NCBI GenBank assembly: GCA_012295275.1
Contig: CM022679.1
Span: 2,604,001-2,668,000 of the forward strand
Origin: Chrysomallon squamiferum
Taxonomy: Eukaryota > Animalia > Mollusca
Direction: 5' to 3'
DNA: 64,000 bases
Positions within the stretch are counted from its first letter, which is position 1. The number at the start of each line of letters is the position of its first letter. The position numbers and the translations under genes are program-made. Of this stretch, positions 31,388-51,189 are shown in pieces. The notes under the pieces are model-generated. The model was not told the origin of the DNA. It searched no databases and saw only the letters and a list, made by a program, of their open reading frames with translations.

Positions 31388-31592
31388 ATGTAAGTACATT
31401 TTTTTTTTTTTTTTTTTTTTTTTTCAGACGACTGGTAAACTGGAGAAAGCGGAGATTCTGGAGATGACAGTGCAGTACTTGAGAGCGTTACAAAGTACAG
31501 AGATGGGAATGCGATTTGAACAAGGTTCCTTAATTTACTATCATTTTTTACAGCTCTTTTTCAGTGAGCTTTTTATTTTTCATTCAGCAAGA

Positions 31593-31653
<61 letters not shown>

Positions 31654-33663
31654 CATAGTAACAAAAAGAGTAACAACAACAGTAATAATAGTAGTAGTAG
31701 TAGTAGTAGTAATAATAAAAATAATATATCATCATCATCATTATCATTATTATTAAAAAAACTAAATACATCATTCATATAAAGACTGAAACAAGCCAGT
31801 CTTGCATCTAGTCAGGACCTAATAATTAGTGTTGGTTATTTTCGTCAATCTGCAGCCTGTATGTGTCAGTGATACTTTCAAACGCGCGTTGTTATAGCAG
31901 GTGCGAGATCACGTGATCCGATCCGCGCGCCCCTTTAATAAGCCCTTTTACTAGTTTTCCCGGTAGAAATTTTACAAAAATGTTTGTCTCTTTCGCTCCC
32001 TGTGTGTGTGTACACGAACATACTTCCATGCTTCTGTTTAGATCTCACATGCCGACAAAAAATTAGACTTTTCATTTTATTGTGCTCGCTGGTGCCTATG
32101 CACTAAGACAATAAACATCGATGCATTTATTCACAAAATTTAAAATTTGGAAAACTAATTGGTCCTTCAAACGTTGCACAGACAGCATCTAACTGTGCAT
32201 GTTCTTGTCACTCTTGCACGTGACATGATTCACGTGAGGCGCGCGATTGCGACCTCTTTAGCGGTTTCCTGAACACAAGCAACGTATGGCGCGCTCATGG
32301 GCACAAAAGACGATTTTTTTAGTAAGGCGTGTACGGCACGTGCGGGATCGTTATGCATTGTGTAAGTTGACCTGCATGAATTACTGTAGACGCACGTGAA
32401 TGCGCGTGGCTGTTCAACTAAACGATATTCACATTTGGTCAGCTGCAGTTATCGTACTTGGTTGCTAATAGACGCGAGTTTCATGCAACAACGCGCTCAA
32501 CGGCGTTCGTTGTGCGCGCGACATCTTGAACATAATATAGCTTGTCAATTAAAAATACCGACTGGCAGGTTGTTTCTCTGAACACACCGCACGATCCACT
32601 TTTATAATTTATCAGTACTACATTTGTCATTCAGGTTACACTGCCGGTATTAGAAGGACTCTATCCGTGTTGCAGCATGTTTCTGGTTAATATTAATGTG
32701 GTATTTTCTTTTAACTGCAACAAAGCTATCATCAAAAGTACACGATCCATTTTTACAAGAATATAATGAAAACAACTGTCTTAGTGGTATTCGTGTCTCC
32801 AGTAAATTAGCTGCTAGTATCCGTTTTTAGAAACAGTTATGATCACAGAGATATTCGTTTTTACAGAAATTGAAATCCTGTTTATTACTACTACTACTAC
32901 TTGTTTTTTATTTACAGGTAATGAAAAAGGAAAGTAAAAAGGTAGCTTTGTCTACAACATTAATCATTTGTGCATGTGTTTTTCTCATGATCGTGCACAT
33001 GTATATCCATTCAACCGGGTGTTCCCAAAAGATTTCTTAAGACAAATTAATTTTATGTTATTTCATTTTTGTTTCGTAGGGGAGTGGTACAGTTCTGACA
33101 TTTGGACAGATTTTGCACAACATTACAGGGACGGATACAGTGAATGTCTGCAGGAAGTGGTACGGTTCATGACGGATGTAGAAGGGATAGGCCTAAACGA
33201 CGCACGATGTGTTCGTATCGTGTCGTTTCTCCAGGCGCGTTTTAGACAGAACACTTCAGTTACACCTGGCGCCAGTTACCAAGACACTCTTCAAAGATTC
33301 ATGCCAACACGTGAAAAGCCACATGAAGGGCCAGCAGTTCGAACTCCGGTAGGAAATTTCGACATGCAAACGACAATGGCCGGACTTCCGGCATCATTGA
33401 TCACGTCATCAGCAGGATATTTTCAGGAAAGGAGCCCCTCGCTGTTTTGTGCGTCTGGTGATATCGGTGTTGCTATAGGATCACCATGTGCTGCATCTCG
33501 TCTGTTAAGTCATACAGCAGCGTCGTCGTTGCCGGGAATGTCGCCTTTTTATTCGGGATTGATGACAAATCCACATTTCTCACGACGTCTGTGCAACAAC
33601 ACCACGCTACTCAACGGAACTGACCGAGCTTCACGATACAGAACCGATACAACCAGTTCTTAA
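30608..33663 (+). CDS. HELT: Hairy/Enhancer-of-split-related bHLH-Orange transcription factor HELT
   Basis: Exons 30608-30640, 31156-31257, 31428-31524, 33080-33663. bHLH [52 protein letters not shown] is HELT-type. Orange domain YRDGYSECLQEVVRFMTDVEG. No C-terminal WRPW/YRPW. Confidence 0.9.
31907..32400. promoter_or_regulatory. Intronic E-box cluster (HELT intron 3)
   Basis: CACGTG at 31910, 32217, 32231, 32337, 32393 in a CpG-rich patch. Confidence 0.7.
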
Positions 33664-34461
33664 AGCATGATAAATATAATTAGCTAACAGACATAGCAAG
33701 TTCAGCGTAGGTTCCAGGCTCAGTCGTATTCAAGTCGGGATAATGTCTCCATGGTGCAGCGAACTGGACATTTTTTGTTTTTACCCTACCTGTGTATGGG
33801 GGGGGGGGGAGTGGATATAAAAATGCGTAAACAAATTCCATCAGAACTGTTGTAGTTTCGTTAAATGAGATTCAAGTTCTCAAGATGAAACTACCGTGTG
33901 AAGCCAGTAATATAGTTCATTCATGTTTTTCTCCGACATGCAAATATAAATGCACAATAAACGTTACTTAAAACGCTTCATTTTTTTTTTTTTGTTTTTT
34001 AACTAAAGACCATACTGAATTTAGATGTTTATAAACATCTTTAACTATTTTAAGTAAATCTCCCAAACAATTTGAGTTTTATGATTATCCGCTATATGAA
34101 ATACAAATGTCCTTGAAGGAATACTGGGATCATGAAGTTTTCGAATATTTGGTGTATTCGAATTGCTGCGATAAAAGGATTGCCTCCCCCCCCTTCCCTT
34201 TTGTATGTAATAACATTTTGAATTTGAACGATTGTTAAATGTAAAGACTTTTGCATTTGAAATGGGGGTGGGTGGAGAATTACAGGAGTGAATTTGTCGA
34301 GCTTCAGATGGAAATTTGAAATGTTTCGCTCGTGTTTAGAATTGAACACAAAATTGAACATTTGCATTTTAAAAAAAAAAAAGGAAAAAAAAATCAATTT
34401 TGTAGCTTTTATTAAACCTTTAAAGCCCGGTATTTTTACAAATACAAAGATGTGCGACGTG

Positions 34462-35092
34462 TCAATTCCAGCGTTTGTCAGCTCCATCTTCATCGACAGC
34501 TTCTACAACTGCAAGAAAATTTCGTGTTTTTAAAAAATAAACTTAACCCGATGAGAAATTACACATGTTTTGAATTGTTACTTACGTTCATCTTTATCCA
34601 CAAAGTTGAAATCGTCCAATTCAGCTGCGTTCAGTTTGCCGTCACCATCGCTATCTGCAGCGTGGAATTTTTTCATTTGAACCACGTTTGTGGGTTTCAG
34701 ACCCGATGCTACAGCGATTTCATGCAGATCAGCAAAACCATCTCCATTCAGATCCAGTTCTTTCAAAGCTGCGACATCGTCAGCATCCTAAAATTCAAAA
34801 GACATTTTTAATCCATGACGTTTACGAAGAACCTTTTCGCGTTTACATCAGAATTTGATATTAATTTTTATTTGGTAAATACCTCTGCTGGAGGAGCTCG
34901 CACGTCCAGTCCTCTCTTCCTCTTGCACACCTTGCATGCCCAGCTCCTGGCCCACTTACAGGCCGCCATACAACCAAGTGTGTGATACGGACTGACGCGA
35001 ATTCTTCGCACGGATCGGAAGAACCAGCCGTCCACGTTTTCAGGAACCAAGGTCAAGGTCAACAGAACCAGCAAGAAATATGTGGACTTCAT
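34462..35092 (-). CDS. Secreted precursor: signal peptide + cationic Trp/Cys-rich peptide + KRKR + acidic two-EF-hand domain (putative antimicrobial peptide precursor, 152 aa)
   Basis: Coding exons 35092-34883, 34787-34586, 34508-34462 (459 nt, GT-AG, in phase); non-coding exon 1 at ~35250-35206. Protein: MKSTYFLLVLLTLTLVPENVDG|WFFRSVRRIRVSPYHTLGCMAACKWARSWACKVC|KRKR|GLDVRAPPAEDADDVAALKELDLNGDGFADLHEIAVASGLKPTNVVQMKKFHAADSDGDGKLNAAELDDFNFVDKDELVEAVDEDGADKRWN. The gene model is solid; the function is inferred. Confidence 0.85.
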
Positions 35093-35244
35093 TTTGCTGG
35101 AAAAATATTCAGTTATTCTTTATAAAAATAAAAAATAAAAAAAACAAATTCCCTCATTAAAATTAAATATAAACGAATTAAAGTTAAAGAAATTAAATCA
35201 CTTACTTGAGCAAAACAGTTTCTCCACAAAACACTGGAAGACGA

Positions 35245-35300
35245 TGAAGTGACTACGCGTCGAAACTTCACTTATTTATATTGTAAAAATTAATCACGTG
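35245..35300 (-). promoter_or_regulatory. Core promoter of the peptide/EF-hand gene (TATA + Inr + E-box)
   Basis: Minus strand TATAAATA at 35280-35273; Inr-like TCACTT with its A at 35250, 30 nt downstream; CACGTG at 35295-35300. Confidence 0.65.
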
Positions 35301-35967
35301 ACCAGTCATGAAATTCGTTCTGCACGCTCCTCCTCGGATATCCAGTGAAAATGTTTGTACTGGAAATATACGTCAGTGTCTGTGAAAACAGAAAACACAG
35401 ATTGAGCTTTACAAAACAGTTAAGAGATAATTGTTGAAAATTTGTTGTATTGAGTCAGTTATGCAATTCAGAATACTTTTTTAATTAATTTAAATGTTTT
35501 GATGTTATTGGGATTTGCCTTTAAAAATGTATTGATATTATTTTCAAAGATATTCCTGTAGGTTTATAATTAATTATAAATGTAAAAAAAAAACTTAACG
35601 AAATTTAAATAAATATAAGTTATTAATAAAATTAATGTGTATTCATTATTATTTTAATTAAATAGTAGGACTTAGACTAACAAATACATTTAATATATGT
35701 CAACTGAGTTTTATGTGAAATTTTAAATTATACATGTACATCCGCAGCAGGGGAGCTTGGCACCCTCCGAATACGGACCTGAAGGGATTTTTTTATTATT
35801 ATTATTTTTTTTAACTATTTTCTTCAGTGAAAATATTGGTTGTTTTATGTTTTATGTTTTGTAAATATCTTAAGTGATAGAGAATATAATAGCTTTTAAC
35901 ACAGGTACTTACATTATGTGTTATTACATAAACTGACTTTATATGTGTGGCTAAGTACATATTTTAA

Positions 35968-36135
35968 TGTGCTACATTTTCATCTACAACTTCTTCAACT
36001 TTTTGAATTTGCAAACGAGAAGTACACATATTGAATGGTTAATTTTGTTTATCTTTATCCACGCAGTTGAAATCATCCAATTCATCAGTTTCAGTGTGCC
36101 TCCACCATCTCTATCTGCAGCATGGAATGTTTTCA
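35968..36135 (-). pseudogene. Decayed partial duplicate of the EF-hand precursor gene (second EF-hand, last intron, start of last exon)
   Basis: 36047-36134 aligns with 34586-34674 (FHAADRDGGGTL..ELDDFNCVDKD), with a 1-nt deletion and a lost GT donor. 35981-36000 aligns with the last exon at 34491-34510. Confidence 0.85.
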
Positions 36136-36200
36136 GCAACGTCCAACAATATTACAATTTCACAGATAAAATAATAGGGATATTCGACAAGGTCACTATT

Positions 36201-36239
<39 letters not shown>

Positions 36240-36462
36240 AAAATCGAAATTACAACAGCAAATTTGTTGAAAATACCTAATATAGAAATATATAAAATAG
36301 TAAATTAATTAAATGTAATATGTTTGTATTACTATGTTTATTACTTAATGACTGACATATCAAAATTTTATCATACTTAAATAAAGTTTACATATTTTCA
36401 ATTTTGTTTTTATATTATTGACTTTCTCAGTATATTCATATATCTTACCTGTTATCCGTAAT

Positions 36463-36464
<2 letters not shown>

Positions 36465-36524
<60 letters not shown>
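36465..36524. repeat. (AG)n microsatellite
   Basis: Direct reading. Confidence 0.95.
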
Positions 36525-36528
<4 letters not shown>

Positions 36529-37319
36529 GAAAAGTGAATCATAATACTAACCTTTTGTCAAAATTATTTAGTTATCAACAGAGAAAAATGTTTATTAACA
36601 AAAACAAACAGAACAACAAACAACAGCAACAACAATCAACCAACCAACCAAACAAACAAACAAACAAATACTAATCTCGATTTAGGAAAGATATTTATGT
36701 TTTGCAATACACAATTTTGGAAATCAGTAGTCTAATCATCAATCGATTCGTCAAAAAGTACACGTAAAAGGATCTTTAAATTTTCAGTGTAATGAAATAG
36801 TCACATTACTTCACGCAGTAACTGAGAAAATAAATATCAAAGAACATGTATACATCTAGATCAATAAGATAATACATTTCAGTTATAATGAATTTAAGGA
36901 GAAAAGAAAAGTTTTTTTTTTTTTTTTTTTTTTTTTTGTAGAATAAATAAATCAACTGTAATAAATTATTTTTCTTTTAATTTAAGAAATATAATGTAAA
37001 AATAATATACAGTTTTGTAATTAAGAAGGAAAAAGGTATTTTGTTTCTTATACATTTTTCTTAGTGCAATTTTCTAATTATTTAAAATTAAAAATATAAA
37101 AATATTGCACTAAAGATTATGCCCAAAACGTAAGTAAATGTAATATTCAACGTGAAAATTATTTTCGACACATTTAATTTACAAAATTGTAAGCTAAACA
37201 TCCGTTTTACTGATGTATTAGCGTGATAAACTGAAACTGGAAAATGTTTGCTATATACTTTAATCATTATTTCAAGAAAATGTTTATAACAAATTTTAAA
37301 TTAATACAATTTAATTCAA

Positions 37320-37430
37320 AAGAATCGCAGACTAACGCCATTTTAACCGGATGACATCACATTTCTCTTGCCTTTTTTATCATGTTCGCTTTACAGACGT
37401 TATAAATGACGTTGTCAGTGGCAACCAACT
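37320..37430. promoter_or_regulatory. Promoter-like motif cluster without an assigned gene
   Basis: YY1-like CGCCATTTT (37336-37344), ETS-like CCGGAT, ATGACATCA, and RFX X-box-like GTTGTCAGTGGCAAC (37411-37425) in a CpG-containing patch. Confidence 0.4.
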
Positions 37431-37890
37431 GTGACTTTCAGAAACCAATTCTAACGTGCAAAAGGTTCTCGATCGGAAATTAAATTTCGAACTTGGCATT
37501 CAGAATATTTTCATCAAATTCGACATGGTTTCTGATTCCGATCTTCATTGTTTTGCGAAACTGCGTCTAAATTTATTGTTTTTATTTTCTTTTCTTTCCT
37601 CTTTTTTTTTTTTTTTTTTTTTCTTCTTTTATGATTTCGGCCGACGCTTCTAAATTTGTTTTCATTTTTCTTTATTTTTTCCCCTTAATTTTTTCTTTTC
37701 TTCTGCATGCATACAACACGAATATGCCTAATGGAAGAAAGAACACCAAGCTGAAGAAAGAAGAGTCAAGAGATGGAAGATCTGACTGCCATTTTCTTCA
37801 CATACCTTTTTCTGTCTATCTTTTCTTTTTGTATTATTTATTATTATTATGATTTTATTATTATTATTATTATGATTATTATTATTATGA

Positions 37891-37923
<33 letters not shown>

Positions 37924-37960
37924 TTATTTATTTATTTATTTTGACCCTTATTTTTAACTA

Positions 37961-38692
37961 CAGTGGTACCTTGACTTACGAGGTTAATTCGTTCCGTGAC
38001 CGAGCTCGTAACTCAATTTACTTGTATATCAAATCAATTTTCCCACATGAAATGAACTGAAATACCATTAATCCGTTCCAGACCCCAAAAACCACCCCAA
38101 TTTTGGTAATTTGTTTTTAAATAAGAAAAATATATTTATAAATGACAAATATTGTATAAAAAAATAATAATAATAAAAGAATAAAAAAGAAATAAATTGG
38201 TTTTGTACAGTGTACAGGGTTAGGGTTTCTCCATCTTTTCATGGACAGAAGTTCGCAGCTTAGAAATTATTTTAACGCCTTTGGCTGCAGTTGTAGCCTT
38301 TATAGGATCCTTCTGCTTCAGTATGGTACATATCGTGAAACTACTACGCTCGTACTGCCTGTCCATGTTGACTACACGCACACCTCGCTCGTGTTTTTCT
38401 ATGATTTCATGCTTTAATTCAGTCTACATCATCTGCTTCTTCTTCTCAGCACTGTCCTATGAACTCACGTTTTTAGGATCCATGGAAAACGCGAGCACAA
38501 CACAACAGAGCTGCTTCCACGTGAAACAAACAAGTACGCGGGATGCTGGGCGGATGTTGTGTTGTTCGTGTATCTGAAGCTTGCTCGTAACTCGGATTTT
38601 GGTTCGCAACTCAAAGCAAAAAATTGACTGGGCAGCTGCTCGTAACTCGATAAACTTGTAAGTTGGAGCACCCGTAACTTGAGGTACCACTG
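37961..38692 (-). mobile_element. Internally deleted Tigger/pogo (Tc1/mariner superfamily) DNA transposon
   Basis: TIRs CAGTGGTACCTTGACTTACG and CGTAACTTGAGGTACCACTG with TA target-site duplication. Minus strand from 38483 encodes a stop-interrupted N-terminal CENP-B-type HTH: MDPKNVSS*DSAEKKKQMM*TELKHEIIEKHERGVRVVNMDRQYERSSFTICTILKQKDPIKATTAAKGVKIISKLRTSVHEKMEK. Confidence 0.9.
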
Positions 38693-39111
38693 TAATTCCT
38701 CACCATTATTTTTATAATCTGTACCTTGAATGCAGCGACAGCAAGTCACCTGGTGAGTGATGATACCCCCACCTCAGAGTGGCTAATACAGGAACTCATA
38801 CTTGAAAATGTGTTTCTGGTGGACTGTTCACCAAAGATACAGAATATAAAACATAAATAAACAAAACCACAAAATTTCAAAAAGAACTACAAGAACATGA
38901 GGACAGCCAAACAAAACTTAAGAATGAGAATTTCTGTTTATCCAGTACTGCAGTAATAATAATACTGAGTATAAAACACTGCCCAGTGACTGCTGACCAC
39001 TTACCAAATTGTAATCACTTACATGTTATTAATAGACTCTTTTGATTAGATTACTTCATAAAATGAAATAAAATGACCTTTCCAAAATGTCTGTATGTTT
39101 GTGTATGTGTG

Positions 39112-39166
<55 letters not shown>

Positions 39167-40259
39167 TATTTGTGTCTGTATGTTTGTGAGAGAGAGAGAG
39201 AGAGACAGAGAGCATTTATATCTAATAATTATCAGACAAATCCAAAACAGCAAGTTGAGGTAAATTTTATTTTTCATTTTAATGTATACAAAATAACAAC
39301 ATTTGTAGAACAAGAAGTTCCAAGCATATTGAGATATATATTTGACGAAAAAATAAATACGAATGATAAAACAGTATCACACATGTATGTATTACATAAC
39401 AAATAAAACATGACTCTTTCGTACAGTGATGAAGTCAATGACAATTACAAAACTATACTAGATTTTTTTTTTTTTTTTTTTTTTTTATTTTATATTCTTT
39501 TCTACTTTTTTTTTTTTTTTTTTTTTTTTTAAAACTTTGGTTTTAAAATGTTTCAGAAATTAATAAATCTCTTTTTAGAAGTTAACATTCTTTTTTTTTC
39601 TTTTTCAACTTTGGTCTTCAAGATGTTTCATTAATACACTGTTTTTCTCCAATTTGTACTTGCTGAATGTTACATCCAAGACATGTTAATGTTATATTAA
39701 TTTCACTTCTCAAATTATTTGTTTGTGAATCAGTTTTAAATAATAATCCTTTTTAAAATTCTTTTTCAAAATTTAAGAAAAACTTTTGTAAAATTCAAAA
39801 ATGAATTTTTAATATAGCAATTTTACTTAGGGTTTTTAATTTTAAACTGCAGAAAACCTTTTATATTATTCTATACTTTAAATTTCAAACTTTTGAAACA
39901 TTTCAGTGAAATTTTAATACATTGTTACAAGCAATATTTATTTATTTATTTTATAAATTTAAACCTTTTGCAAAATGTTCAAAGAAATTTAGAAATATTT
40001 TTATAGATTTTATTATTATAATGTTTGAAGGCAAGACTGAATAAATAAATAAACAAAATATTTTATTAATGGCACAACTTTTAGTATCGCAATAAATAAG
40101 GGAAGAGTTAATTTATGTACACATTTTAGTCTAAAGTCCATATCAGCCAATAGCATTCATTTTACTTGTTTCACATTCTGAGTAACAAAACTTCATTGGA
40201 TGATTTCTCTAGGACAACATCTTTCAAGGAGAAGTAATTGTGTAAAAGAAACTGAGGAC

Positions 40260-50114
<9,855 letters not shown>

Positions 50115-50469
50115 TTTACCTTTTCACAAATCTCCTGTTATTGAAATAATAAATGATAAATGATAATGATAACAACAACAACAATAATAATAATTATAAT
50201 CATAATGATGATGATGATGGTAATTATATAGACGATGATGATGATGAGAATGAAAATAATAACAATCAATGGATATTATGAGACTTAATTATCATTTAAT
50301 TTTACCTAATTTTTTAAACCAAAGTCAAATCTGAAAATTTAAAAAATATTTTTATTTACTTTATATATTTTAATGCATTTTATCCAGAATAAAAATGGAA
50401 TAATTGTAGTTTTATTATAAAACGTTTGAAAGACATTTATATTCAAAGGACAGGTTTTTTAAATTCTGT

Positions 50470-50524
<55 letters not shown>

Positions 50525-51039
50525 ATATATGTAATTATATGTGTGTGTTACTGATGTTTAATATTTAGTATCTATCATTTTTAGTTTTGCAAGATGCAAA
50601 TAAAAATTAATGACAATATATCTAAATAATATGAGTTTGCTGTAAAAATCATATTTTATTAATTTGAGTTCAAACTTTGATTTTCCATTATTCTCAAAAT
50701 AAACCAATAAAAAATGTTTATTAATATTTCGTCGTTTAAAAGCATTAGTAAATTGAACAATATATGAAATACTGATATCTATTTTTAATAAAATGCAAAG
50801 TCTCAGCTCCAGAAAATAAACCTCAAAGTCAAACCTAACTATGAAATCAGAAATGCTCAAAAATGGAAAAGAAAAAGAAAAAAAGGCAATGCTGTGGCTG
50901 GGTATACCAAAATTAAATTAAACATTTCAAATAAAATATAATGCATGTATAAATAAACAACGAACCTGTTGTGTATAAATTATGCCCAAGACGGTTGTTA
51001 TTTACAATCTTTGGTATCGGAACTTTTAAAACTCAATTT

Positions 51040-51120
51040 CTTGGCGTGATCCGTAACCAGTAGCAACTAGCAGGTGCGCATGGGCATATTTAGAAATGTC
51101 CGGTTCCTCCTTCCGGTTGA
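51040..51120. promoter_or_regulatory. Bidirectional DNAI2/AP5Z1 promoter with RFX X-box
   Basis: GTAACCAGTAGCAAC (51053-51067) fits GTNRCC-N3-RGYAAC; NRF1-like TGCGCATG (~51075); ETS CTTCCGG (~51110). Confidence 0.75.
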
Positions 51121-51189
51121 ATTAACTTCAAAGTTCATTAAATGGCTTGATCAAGTTAATATATAAATGAACTCAAAATAAGACTTAGC

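Noticed and set aside
33798-33809. Poly-G run in the HELT 3'UTR as a G-quadruplex element
   Set aside because: A single homopolymer with no further evidence of function.
34092-34811. ORFs 34092-34493 (-), 34288-34533 (+), 34452-34811 (+)
   Set aside because: Alternate-frame or antisense overlaps of the peptide gene's last exons and 3'UTR.
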